Shown here: one piece after another, positions 1 to 9,035 of the stretch
Layout of the letters: the number at the start of each line of letters is the position of its first letter
Numbering within the stretch: the first letter of the stretch is position 1
Source of the DNA: a virus
Lineage: Duplodnaviria; Caudoviricetes
IMG/VR virus record: IMGVR_UViG_3300037420_000418
Span: 1 to 39,998 of that record
Strand: one strand, 5' to 3'
DNA length: 39,998 nt
The notes under the pieces: model-generated
Seen by the model: only the letters and a program-made list of their open reading frames with translations
Databases searched by the model: none
Told to the model about the DNA's origin: nothing
Made by a program: the position numbers and the translations under genes

Positions 1-213
1 TTGGGCACTTGCTCCGATGTTGTTCTGTTCTTGGACAGCGATCCGGCCGGAGCTAAAGCGGTTTCGATCTTGATTGAAATGTTTGAGCCCTACGTGCCGG
101 TGCGGGTCGTGCCGGAGCATGAGGGTGACCCGGCGAGTCTTACGACAGAGGCGTGTGAAATACTTATAAGACAGGCAGTAGGAACACAAGAAATTTGGAT
201 GCCTGAAATCTAA
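1..213 (+). CDS. DNA primase, C-terminal TOPRIM part (5'-truncated by window edge)
   Basis: VVLFLDSDPAG (DxD) and GDPAS motifs typical of the TOPRIM end; directly upstream of SSB. Confidence 0.75.
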   Translation: MGTCSDVVLFLDSDPAGAKAVSILIEMFEPYVPVRVVPEHEGDPASLTTEACEILIRQAVGTQEIWMPEI

Positions 214-238
214 CGTGGATCGTGAATAGGAGAACTAC

Positions 239-1021
239 ATGGCTTTACAAGGTTTTGAAGCAGTACGACGGGCATCCCAGGAGATTACTGAGCGTAAGAA
301 TTCTGGTGGTTCTTTCGGACCCCGTGAATTGTGGCCCAATCTGCGTAATTCGGGCGACACCATCCAGGTTCGTTTCTTGGAGCAGGGCGAGGATGTGAAG
401 GTGGCCTGGGTTCATGAATATAAGAAGCCCAATGTTAATAAGTCTTTCTTCACACCTTGCTTGGATCAATCCGACGAGGGAAATCCTTGCCCCGGGTGTG
501 AGCTTGGTATCAAGCGTAAGTTCCAGGGGTACATCAACGTTATTCAGCGCAACTCACCGCAGCTAAAGCGCGGCGAGGACGGACGCGCCGTCAAGAATGA
601 GACGGGCCAGTATGTCGTTGAATCGTATAAGGATGAGATCGGAGTTTGGGTACAGGGAATCACCGTATTTGAGGATTTGGCCGATAAGGATATTACTTAT
701 CGTGGTCTTACCACTCGTGATTTTAAAATCACTCGGCGTGGATCTGGCCTGAACACCAAGTACGTGATCGAACCGGCTGTCGATGAAGATGGTAACGCTA
801 ACGCTACCCCTCTGACAGCAGACGATCAGGAACTCATCAAGGAAAAGTACGATCTGGACAAGGAATATCTAACGCCGCTTAGCTACGAGCAGATGAACGC
901 TCTGTTCGCCAAGGGTGAGATTCCCTCGGGCGGTGGCGTCAAGCCGGAAGATGTGCAGCCTACTTCTCCGTTCGCCAGAGGCGACGGGGAGAGCCGCGCT
1001 AACCGATTCTTGGAGGGTTGA
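239..1021 (+). CDS. single-stranded DNA-binding protein, T4 gp32-like
   Basis: VRFL...H...C...CPGC Zn-type motif; DFKITRRGSGLNTKY; SD AGGAG upstream. Confidence 0.75.
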   Translation: MALQGFEAVRRASQEITERKNSGGSFGPRELWPNLRNSGDTIQVRFLEQGEDVKVAWVHEYKKPNVNKSFFTPCLDQSDEGNPCPGCELGIKRKFQGYINVIQRNSPQLKRGEDGRAVKNETGQYVVESYKDEIGVWVQGITVFEDLADKDITYRGLTTRDFKITRRGSGLNTKYVIEPAVDEDGNANATPLTADDQELIKEKYDLDKEYLTPLSYEQMNALFAKGEIPSGGGVKPEDVQPTSPFARGDGESRANRFLEG

Positions 1022-1419
1022 TGGGTACTATTGACAGTAGTCCTAATTTGAAGATTTCTGAGTTTGTAACAAAGGATGAGTTTGTAACAAAGGACTCAGG
1101 CGAGCGGGAAGAGTTTTCCACTGGTGCTCGCAGGGATATTCAGACAGGTAAGCCGCGTTATGACCTGATTCCTTCCCGTGCCCTGAAGCGTGTAGCTGGA
1201 CTATACGCTCGGGGCGCGGAGAAGTATGGCGAGTCCAATTGGCAGAAGGGTATTCCATTTTCCCGCTGTCTCTCTTCATTGGAGCGGCATCTACATCAGT
1301 TCAAGATGGGCGAGATTGACGAGGATCATCTTGCCGCTGTGGCCTGGAATGCCTTGGCCATTATGCACTTTCAGGAGACTGATCGTAAGGATTTAAACGA
1401 TATGGAAGGTAAATATTAA
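1021..1419 (+). CDS. dATP/dGTP diphosphohydrolase domain protein (DUF5664-like)
   Basis: TGARRD..GKPRYDLIP..GAEKYGESNWQKG..RHL..EDHLAAVAWNA. Confidence 0.85.
   Translation: MGTIDSSPNLKISEFVTKDEFVTKDSGEREEFSTGARRDIQTGKPRYDLIPSRALKRVAGLYARGAEKYGESNWQKGIPFSRCLSSLERHLHQFKMGEIDEDHLAAVAWNALAIMHFQETDRKDLNDMEGKY
1059..1094 (+). repeat. perfect 18-nt tandem duplication (EFVTKD x2)
   Basis: TGAGTTTGTAACAAAGGA repeated twice in frame. Confidence 0.9.
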
Positions 1420-1599
1420 ATGGATATAGTAGAATACGGAGTTTTAATACAGTTAAATGGAACTGAAAAAAGTTCTGTTCTACACACATGTTTAGGGCCT
1501 GAGAGTGCAAAGGGTACAGCAAAGGATCTTAGGAGCATGTATCCTTATGCAAGAATTATTTTATATCTAGAGAATAAGGCTGTGTACGGATATGTCTAG
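1420..1599 (+). CDS. hypothetical protein (59 aa, below ORF-track cutoff)
   Basis: ATG abuts previous stop; MDIVEYGVLIQ...; stop overlaps next start. Confidence 0.6.
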   Translation: MDIVEYGVLIQLNGTEKSSVLHTCLGPESAKGTAKDLRSMYPYARIILYLENKAVYGYV

Positions 1600-2260
1600 A
1601 ATAGCTTTGGATATTGATGACACACTATATCCGTTTTGCAATGCGGCGAGAGACAAGATCGCTGAAATTGGGGCCAAAACTGGAAATGATTTGCTCATCA
1701 CGGCAGCGTACACACCATGGCCCGAGTGGCGTTCACCGACAGACGTAATGGGTTTGGACATTTGGTTGGAAATTATTGATCATGTGCATCAGGACGAAAC
1801 AATCCTTAAGCAAGAACCATATGATGGCGCAGTTGATGTTGTTAATCGTCTTTATGATGCCGGATATGATCTCACGTACATTTCAAACCGCGATCTTAAA
1901 ACACATGAGGCAACGCAGTCCTGGCTTCAAGCGTGCGGCTTCCCTCTTGATAAAGAGAACACAGAACTAATTTGTACGACTGGCGATAAAACTCAACATA
2001 TGAGGGATTGCCAGTACATTATTGATGACCGACCAAAGACTCTTATCCAGTTTGTCTATGATTTTCATTGGGCGCATAAGCATGGGTCGGATTCCAAGCG
2101 GCGGCTGGGGTTCGGGCTCCACAAAGAGTACAATCGCTCCCTGACAGATGCGCCGGGGATTTACTTGGCCCCGTCGTGGAACCTGTTGGAATTGTACTTA
2201 GCTAAAAAGGGATTGTTAGGTGCCCCGACCAAAGAACCCGCGCACCAAGGAAGTAGTTGA
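1592..2260 (+). CDS. HAD-family 5'(3')-deoxyribonucleotidase-like protein
   Basis: IALDIDDTL motif I, ISNR motif II, K, IIDD motif IV. Confidence 0.75.
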   Translation: MSRIALDIDDTLYPFCNAARDKIAEIGAKTGNDLLITAAYTPWPEWRSPTDVMGLDIWLEIIDHVHQDETILKQEPYDGAVDVVNRLYDAGYDLTYISNRDLKTHEATQSWLQACGFPLDKENTELICTTGDKTQHMRDCQYIIDDRPKTLIQFVYDFHWAHKHGSDSKRRLGFGLHKEYNRSLTDAPGIYLAPSWNLLELYLAKKGLLGAPTKEPAHQGSS

Positions 2261-2558
2261 GCTTTACGAAACGTATTCGATTAATAAAATTGTCGAGTTA
2301 ACTGGCATCCCCTTCAGTACCGTACGTGGCATTCTCGTTTCTGAGGGCGTGCAGCTACGGAAAAGAGGTAGCGCGGTTAACTGGCAACTCTCTTGGAAGG
2401 AGTATGAGAAGACGATTTTTCTTTATCATAAAGTCGGACTAGATTTAGAGGGCTGTGCAAAGCTACTAGATATTCACCCTGCGACTGTTCAAAAAAGACT
2501 AGTACGCGCCGGGGTTAAGTGTAGACCACGAGGTACGAGGGCGAAGGTTACTATATGA
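2220..2558 (+). CDS. tandem HTH DNA-binding protein
   Basis: two HTH-like repeats (SINKIVELTGIPFSTVRGIL; DLEGCAKLLDIHPATVQKRL). Confidence 0.7.
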   Translation: MPRPKNPRTKEVVELYETYSINKIVELTGIPFSTVRGILVSEGVQLRKRGSAVNWQLSWKEYEKTIFLYHKVGLDLEGCAKLLDIHPATVQKRLVRAGVKCRPRGTRAKVTI

Positions 2559-5500
2559 GCATTGTCCACACCCACCGACACGGTGAGTATTCTCTGTTGG
2601 ATGGAGTAGGTACGGCAGAGCAATATGTAGCGGAAGCAGTCCGCTTGGAGCAGCCGGGGATCGCCGTCACCGACCACGGCACTTTGGCCGGTGCCTTGCA
2701 CCATTACAAGGCGTGTAAGGAAGCGGGAATCTTTCCCATCCTGGGCATGGAGGCGTACTTCAAGCCCAACCGCCACCTGAAGGACGCTGAGAATAAGGTC
2801 TTCTACCACCTTGTTCTCTTAGCTAAGGACCTTAAGGGCTGGCATAACCTTATGAGGATTTCCTCAGAGGCTTACAAGACTGGTTTTTATTACAAGCCGT
2901 GTATTGATTTTGACTTGTTGTCGCAGTACAACGAAGGCATCATTTGCACTACGGCTTGTATATCTAGCTATCTGAACAAATCAATCCTTGGCGGTGATCA
3001 CACAGCCGTCAATGATACCGTCACATTCTTGAAGGACACCTTCAGGGAAGATTTGTTCGTGGAAATCATGCCCCATGATTTTGACGACCAGAAGGTACTA
3101 AACGTGGAGTTGGCCAACCTCGCCAGCGAACACAGTCTTCCGTTGATCGCCACGGTGGATGCCCATTATCCCTACAAGGAATGGGCTGACACGCAGGACA
3201 TTATGTTGATGATGGCCACTGGCCAGACGGTTGAGAAGAGAAAGAAGAAGAAGGAAGCTGGTGAGGATGTATACGAGTTTGGCTGTGACTCGCTCTATCT
3301 CATGAGCCGCGAGGATGTTGAGAATGCTTTCGAGAGAAATCATCCTCATATTCCCAAAGAGATAGTAAAAGACTCAATCAATAACACCCTCGAAGTCATG
3401 AACCGGGTCGTTCCCTTCATGATTTCTAAGCGCCAAAAGATGCCAAAGGTTGAGGGCAACTCGAAGGATATTGTCCGTCAGTGGTGCGAAGAGGGATTGC
3501 AGGAAAAACTTGAAGACGGACAGGACATTGACGGCCGCTATCGGGAGCGGTTGGAGTTCGAGCTAGAGACGATTGAGCGCAATGGCGCACTCGATTACTT
3601 CGTGGTCGTCGGTGACGTATGCCGCTGGGCCAGGGGCCAGGGCATCCGCATTGGTGCCGGTCGCGGCTCTGCTGCTGGGTGTCTCGTCTCTTACCTAATC
3701 GGCATCACCTACCTCGACCCCATCGCCCATGGACTGCTCTTCGAGCGCTTCATGAACCCTGACCGTAAGGGAATGCCCGATATCGACCTGGACTTCCAGA
3801 GCGACCGCCGCGATGAAGTTAAGAAGTATGTATCAGAAAAGTATGGAGAGGACCATGTAGCAGACATTTGTTCTCACCAGACGTTTAAAACCAAGGGCTC
3901 TCTTCAGAAGGTTGCCAGAGTCTTTGATATGTATAAGGAATCCCATGAAGTAACAGAGACTATTGGCGATGATGAAGATGTGAAGCTAGAGCGTCTGGCT
4001 GAGGTAAACGCCAACTTCACTGAGTTCGCCGCTAATAACCCGACGATTTGGAAGCACGCCTGCCGAGTTCAGGGTCAGGTTCATACTATCTCCAAGCACG
4101 CCGCCGGGGTAGTAGTCACCGACCGACCAATTTCTGAGTACATGCCGATCATGTTCGGCAAGAAAGGCGAGGTAGTAACGCAATGGGGTGCCAGTTCTGA
4201 TTTCAACATCATTGATGAGTACGGATTCCCAAAGATTGACTTCCTGGGGATCAAGGGACTGGCTATGCAGGAGTATGCCTGTGATCTGATCGAAGAGAAC
4301 CATGGCATACGTATCAATTTGAATGATCTGCCGGTGATGAATAACCCCTATGCCACCGACCAGAAGGTGTTGGATGCCTTCAGTAAGGGTTTAGTCCTAG
4401 GGGTCTTCCAGTTCACCGGTTCGCGCGGGTTCGCCAAGTTGATTCAGTCTTTCAAACCTAACTGGCTGGGCGACCTGGGCGCTGCGAACGCGATCTATCG
4501 CCCCGGCCCGCTCGGCGGCGACGTGGATAAGTTCTATGCAAACAGAAAGTTTGGTAGAGAACAAGTTTCTTACTACCATGAGTCCGCCGAAGATGTATTG
4601 AAGGAAACTTATGGTCTAATTGTCTACCAGGAACAGATCATGAAGCTCGCACAGGCTATGGCGAACTTCACTGGCGGTGATGCTGACACGCTACGGAAGG
4701 CGATCAGCAAAGAATACCGAAACGGTATGGCCCACGTCATCAAGTATCTTGAAGACAAAGGATATAAGGAGAAGTGGTACCAGGGATGCCGCGACAATGG
4801 CATAAATGATTCCGTCATACAGGAGGTATGGCGTCTGATCATCGCCTTCGGAGATTACGGATTTAACAAGTCTCATGCTTACGCGTATGCCTCTCAGTCG
4901 TATCAGGATATGTGGCTTAAAGTATTCTACCCCACAGAATTCTATGCCTCCCTTCTTACATATCACGCTGATCTTGCACGGCGTACGGTGCGAGAAGCGA
5001 GAATGTTTGATGTAGAAGTCAAGCCGCCGGATATCAACCGCTCGGGGCGCGAGTTCACGGTCAGCGATGGAGAGATTCTGTTCGGTCTGAAGGCGGTCAA
5101 AAACATGGGCGACGTAGCGGTTAGGGAGGTACTGGAAAAGCAACCCTTCCGCTCTTATGAGGATTTTTGCGAGCGCATCACCCCGAGGGCGTGCAATAAA
5201 ACCTCCAAGGCGGCCCTGGTAGCCGCCGGTGCCTTCGACCGTTGGGGTATGCGAGAAGAATGGACTCCTGATCAGATCAACAAGTCTGAGAGAGAAATCC
5301 TGGGCGTCACTATCTCACAGTCACAGATCATTAACAAGTACAAGGATCTAGTGGCAAGGCTCATTACCTCTGAGGAACAATTTGATGGGCTGCCTGCTGG
5401 CTCGCCAGTGATTGTGGGTGGAGATATGATCTATAGCAAGGAAATTAAGACTCGTGGTGGTAAGAAGATGGGCTTTGTGGAGCTACAGTTTGGTTCCCAA

Positions 5501-5683
5501 ACATGGCAAACCACTCTCTTTATCGAAGAGTGGGCCGAGTTCTATCCAATTATCATCACTGGCGATCCCTTGATGATCAGAGGAAGAAAAGATTTTGCCC
5601 CTAATGGTAAGCCCACCATTATCGTAGACTCACTTGCTACAGTAGAAGAAGTAGCAATGGAACTAGCGAATAGGAGCGGATAG
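2555..5683 (+). CDS. dnaE: DNA polymerase III alpha subunit (family C)
   Basis: PHP HxH..YSLLDG, TDHG, GRGSAAG, PDIDLDF, KHAAGVV, FNKSHA, C-terminal OB fold. Confidence 0.97.
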   Translation: MSIVHTHRHGEYSLLDGVGTAEQYVAEAVRLEQPGIAVTDHGTLAGALHHYKACKEAGIFPILGMEAYFKPNRHLKDAENKVFYHLVLLAKDLKGWHNLMRISSEAYKTGFYYKPCIDFDLLSQYNEGIICTTACISSYLNKSILGGDHTAVNDTVTFLKDTFREDLFVEIMPHDFDDQKVLNVELANLASEHSLPLIATVDAHYPYKEWADTQDIMLMMATGQTVEKRKKKKEAGEDVYEFGCDSLYLMSREDVENAFERNHPHIPKEIVKDSINNTLEVMNRVVPFMISKRQKMPKVEGNSKDIVRQWCEEGLQEKLEDGQDIDGRYRERLEFELETIERNGALDYFVVVGDVCRWARGQGIRIGAGRGSAAGCLVSYLIGITYLDPIAHGLLFERFMNPDRKGMPDIDLDFQSDRRDEVKKYVSEKYGEDHVADICSHQTFKTKGSLQKVARVFDMYKESHEVTETIGDDEDVKLERLAEVNANFTEFAANNPTIWKHACRVQGQVHTISKHAAGVVVTDRPISEYMPIMFGKKGEVVTQWGASSDFNIIDEYGFPKIDFLGIKGLAMQEYACDLIEENHGIRINLNDLPVMNNPYATDQKVLDAFSKGLVLGVFQFTGSRGFAKLIQSFKPNWLGDLGAANAIYRPGPLGGDVDKFYANRKFGREQVSYYHESAEDVLKETYGLIVYQEQIMKLAQAMANFTGGDADTLRKAISKEYRNGMAHVIKYLEDKGYKEKWYQGCRDNGINDSVIQEVWRLIIAFGDYGFNKSHAYAYASQSYQDMWLKVFYPTEFYASLLTYHADLARRTVREARMFDVEVKPPDINRSGREFTVSDGEILFGLKAVKNMGDVAVREVLEKQPFRSYEDFCERITPRACNKTSKAALVAAGAFDRWGMREEWTPDQINKSEREILGVTISQSQIINKYKDLVARLITSEEQFDGLPAGSPVIVGGDMIYSKEIKTRGGKKMGFVELQFGSQTWQTTLFIEEWAEFYPIIITGDPLMIRGRKDFAPNGKPTIIVDSLATVEEVAMELANRSG

Positions 5684-6705
5684 TGGCTGTGGCTGATAAA
5701 AAAGTTCAGGATATTATTGATGAGATTAGATTGCAATATGGAGACGACCGTGCAAACTCTGGATCAGAAGAGCCGCCGATTGGTCATATCTCTACGGGTT
5801 CACTGGAGTTGGATTACGCAACCAACGGTGGCATCCCTATCGGGCGGTGGTCGCGTTTTTACGGTCCGAAGTCCTCTGGTAAGTCAACGAAGTGCTGGCA
5901 CGTCGTCGCTGAGGCACAGCGACAGGGTATGGTATGTGCCTACTACAACGCCGAGAAGCAGTTCACGGACGAATTTGCTGCCAAGCAGGGAGTTGATACC
6001 GACAATCTAATCATTGTCCAAGGAACAGTCATCGAAGATATCGGTGAGGTTATGGAGGGCCTAATGGAGAAGGTAGACCTTCACGTAATCGACTCTTGCT
6101 CTTCCACTATTACTCGTGTTGAGTTAGCTGACGGTCTGAACGAGAAGGAATACTACGCTATCCGCGCTCGCAAGTGGGCACAACAGTTTGCCTTTGTCAA
6201 CGAACGCTTTGATCAGAATAGAAACACTGTGATCCTTGTCGATCAGGTGAGAACTAAGATTGGTTCTGGACCATACGTATCTTATGAGCCGCCGGGCGGC
6301 AAGTATATGGAACATGTTTCTTCTATGACAGTAGAGTTTAAATCAGGTGCTCAACTTTGGTACGACAAAGATGGTTTGTTGAGCGAAACTAGAAATACAA
6401 AGCAGAAGACTTTATCCGGCGGTGCTGAGGCAGACGGTATTGAGATTAAAGCAAAGGTTGTTAAGTCCAGGGTATGTCGGCCGCTTCTTACAGCCAATAT
6501 GAAATGGGATTTTAACCTATCTGAGTTTGATCATGTCGATGAGTATGTCAAGGCTGCTAAATATTTTGGCGTGGTTGAAAGTTCGGGCGGCTGGATAAAA
6601 CTCCCAGGCGAAGAAAAGTCCATCCGCCCCCGTGAATTGCGCGAACGGTTGGATTCGGACGACGGGTTGCGCGAGGCGATCCGCGAAGCTATGCTCAACC
6701 GCTAG
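5683..6705 (+). CDS. recA: RecA-like recombinase
   Basis: STGSLELDYATNGGIPIGR, Walker A GPKSSGKS, Walker B VIDS. Confidence 0.92.
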   Translation: MAVADKKVQDIIDEIRLQYGDDRANSGSEEPPIGHISTGSLELDYATNGGIPIGRWSRFYGPKSSGKSTKCWHVVAEAQRQGMVCAYYNAEKQFTDEFAAKQGVDTDNLIIVQGTVIEDIGEVMEGLMEKVDLHVIDSCSSTITRVELADGLNEKEYYAIRARKWAQQFAFVNERFDQNRNTVILVDQVRTKIGSGPYVSYEPPGGKYMEHVSSMTVEFKSGAQLWYDKDGLLSETRNTKQKTLSGGAEADGIEIKAKVVKSRVCRPLLTANMKWDFNLSEFDHVDEYVKAAKYFGVVESSGGWIKLPGEEKSIRPRELRERLDSDDGLREAIREAMLNR

Positions 6706-6731
6706 ACAGTTCTCGGAAAGACTGTTAAGGT
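6703..6731 (+). promoter_or_regulatory. sigma70-type promoter for membrane/lipoprotein cassette
   Basis: TAGACA-17 nt-TAAGGT with extended -10 TG. Confidence 0.55.
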
Positions 6732-6741
6732 TCCCACCGCT

Positions 6742-6954
6742 ATGCATCCATGCCAATCGGAAGGGCGTTCCCGCTTACACTTAGACGAAGTGCGCCGCCG
6801 GACCTCCTGGTCCCAGGCCCAGGCGGAGCTAAACCGCCAGGAAGCGGCGCTCCGTCATAAGAGACAGAAGATCAAGAGTGATCTGATCACTATTGGAGTC
6901 CTGACCACACTGTTAGTCGGGGCTGTCTTTGGTCTAGATAAAATAATCGGTTAA
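6742..6954 (+). CDS. small membrane protein
   Basis: C-terminal hydrophobic segment LITIGVLTTLLVGAVFGL. Confidence 0.6.
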   Translation: MHPCQSEGRSRLHLDEVRRRTSWSQAQAELNRQEAALRHKRQKIKSDLITIGVLTTLLVGAVFGLDKIIG

Positions 6955-6964
6955 GGGAGTTTAG

Positions 6965-7579
6965 TTGAGTAAGAAGGCTGTAGTTCTTCTTTGTACAACA
7001 GTAGCTTTTCTGGCCGCCTGTGGTGGAGTCTCTACCACATTTGGTAATGACTGGCTAAGTCAGATTGACGCACGATCTAATAAGACCAAGCCATTTATTT
7101 CACCGTGGCCGAGTCGAGAGTTCTACAACTACACCAAGGCGCAGAAGCTTTACGCTGACCAGAATACTATTATCTGGTGTTCTACCACATGGGGTAATGC
7201 TTCGGCTCCTATCGTCACCGTGCCCATCGCTGGCAAGCTGACGAGTAGCAGCGTGTCGTTCTTCCCGTCGAGCCGTGTCAAGGTTGGCGATATGGGCGGC
7301 ACGGAGTACACGCCTGAGCGCCGGTCGGTGGATGGCATGTATCACGGAAGCCCGCCGCCCTATCGCTATGGATTCACCCCAGGCGGCCAGTACGTGGACT
7401 TCTTTAACATGCCTACTTTCTGCACCACGGCCCTGACCAAGTTCCAGCGTCAGGAGACTAAGGTCGCTGTCAGCTTTGATCAGGAAGCTCTAGTTGCTGA
7501 TCGTGCTGCTGAGGCGGCGCTGAGAAGTGGCAATCCCTCACAGGCTCAGAAGATTCTATCCGACGCATTAGGAAAGTAA
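6965..7579 (+). CDS. lipoprotein, paralog A
   Basis: signal peptide with LAAC lipobox; TTG start with GGGAG SD; paralog of next gene. Confidence 0.8.
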   Translation: MSKKAVVLLCTTVAFLAACGGVSTTFGNDWLSQIDARSNKTKPFISPWPSREFYNYTKAQKLYADQNTIIWCSTTWGNASAPIVTVPIAGKLTSSSVSFFPSSRVKVGDMGGTEYTPERRSVDGMYHGSPPPYRYGFTPGGQYVDFFNMPTFCTTALTKFQRQETKVAVSFDQEALVADRAAEAALRSGNPSQAQKILSDALGK

Positions 7580-8176
7580 ATGAAGAAACTCCTATTATTC
7601 ATTCCATTATTACTATTATTTATTGGTTGCGGTTCCGATAAACAGGAAAAATCTCAGTATGAGAAAGTTACTGAGAAGGCCAAAAAAGCTGAAGCCTATA
7701 TTCCTAAGAATAATGTAGAGCTTAGAAACTATAATGATGCACAGAAGGTGTATGACGATCCCACCAATATTATTTGGTGTACGTTTTCCTTCACTAATCC
7801 TTCTTCGCCACTCGTCACTGTTCCGGTGTCGGGCAAGCTAACTTCGTCTTCCACGACGTTCTTTAACCCCGTAACGGTTTACGGCGATGGGTATGATTGG
7901 GGTGTGGCTATTCCGGCCCGCTCCGTTGACGGCCTATTCCATCCCAATCCGCCAGGGTATCGCTATGGCTTTACTCCAGGCGGTGCGTATGTAGATTTCT
8001 TCAACCTAGAAACCTACTGCTCGAACAAGCCAACTAAATTCCAGCGCCAGAATACAAAGGTTTCACTTGCTGTTGACGCTGGCCTGGGTGCTGCTGACGC
8101 TGCCGCTCAACGCGCTCTAAAGAACGGCGATAAACGGGAAGCTCAGCGGATCATCGAACAAGCAATCGGAGGGTAA
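7580..8176 (+). CDS. lipoprotein, paralog B
   Basis: MKKLLL..FIGC lipobox; shares IIWC, GKLTSSS, RSVDG, YRYGFTPGG.YVDFFN, TKFQRQ with paralog A. Confidence 0.8.
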   Translation: MKKLLLFIPLLLLFIGCGSDKQEKSQYEKVTEKAKKAEAYIPKNNVELRNYNDAQKVYDDPTNIIWCTFSFTNPSSPLVTVPVSGKLTSSSTTFFNPVTVYGDGYDWGVAIPARSVDGLFHPNPPGYRYGFTPGGAYVDFFNLETYCSNKPTKFQRQNTKVSLAVDAGLGAADAAAQRALKNGDKREAQRIIEQAIGG

Positions 8177-8670
8177 TGAGTCACAAAGATAGTGATAAGA
8201 AGTGGGAAGATCGCACAGAGCGTGTCTATGCTTCCTTTTCTGATCATCCGGTAAGAACCGGTGTAAAGTGGTATTTCATTGCGCTGGGTATTGTGATTTC
8301 CCTGGCTATCGTCGGTGGCATCGTGTCCTATGTCGGTTCCTGGGGGAGCGAGTCCAAGCGTGTTGCCTCGCCAGAGAACGTCCGCGAGCAGAACACTCAG
8401 ATCATTGAAGATTACGAGTCACTGAAGGCGGCTGCAAGCAATGCCTGCGGTGTCTCTACCGGCGCGAAGTCGAGTGACGATCCGACACTAGTGGAGAACC
8501 CGGCGCTCGCGTATGAGGCCACCTATCGTCGCATCGAAGTAGACTACAACAGGAGAATGGCAAATCTCTACGAGGCGCAAGCAGTACGCAAGCTGCCTCT
8601 TCCATCTAACCTTCGGTCCTACCCTGAGGTGGCACCGACATTAAAGGAAATGCAGGCACAAGTATGCTAG
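8176..8670 (+). CDS. single-pass membrane protein
   Basis: N-proximal TM helix then helical domain; translationally coupled to lipoprotein B. Confidence 0.75.
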   Translation: MSHKDSDKKWEDRTERVYASFSDHPVRTGVKWYFIALGIVISLAIVGGIVSYVGSWGSESKRVASPENVREQNTQIIEDYESLKAAASNACGVSTGAKSSDDPTLVENPALAYEATYRRIEVDYNRRMANLYEAQAVRKLPLPSNLRSYPEVAPTLKEMQAQVC

Positions 8671-9035
8671 CAAGCCAGCTCTTAATCCAAGCGAAGGATC
8701 GAATTAAAGATCCTGAAAACTGGACAAAATACGCCTACCAAAGAACTATCCAAAAGGGAATTTTCTTCAAGAAGGAAATCGTTTCCTATTGCGCGTATGG
8801 GGCAGTTCCGCTGCATTGCAACGTCGAACAGAGAGCACGCGCTTTAAACATTTTAGATCAAGCGGCACAAGAGTTTGGTTTTTCTAGCGCCCTGACACTG
8901 AACGATGACGCTGCAACAAAGCACGCACTGGTTCTCATGATGTTTGATCGTGCTATTGAAATCGCGCAGGAGAAAGAACTAATTCAGTTCAATATCCAGA
9001 CCATGAAAGAAAAGAAGGAGCTAGTCTCCGTCTGA
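8664..9035 (+). CDS. conserved phage protein (DUF6197-like)
   Basis: W..., YCAYGA, LND...HALVLMMFDRAI pattern. Confidence 0.6.
   Translation: MLASQLLIQAKDRIKDPENWTKYAYQRTIQKGIFFKKEIVSYCAYGAVPLHCNVEQRARALNILDQAAQEFGFSSALTLNDDAATKHALVLMMFDRAIEIAQEKELIQFNIQTMKEKKELVSV

Noticed and set aside
1059-1094. 18-nt duplication as a functional repeat
   Set aside because: Only two copies, in frame in a flexible N-terminus; likely slippage
2555-6705. Inteins or introns in dnaE/recA
   Set aside because: Lengths are normal and no intein splice motifs or homing endonuclease are seen
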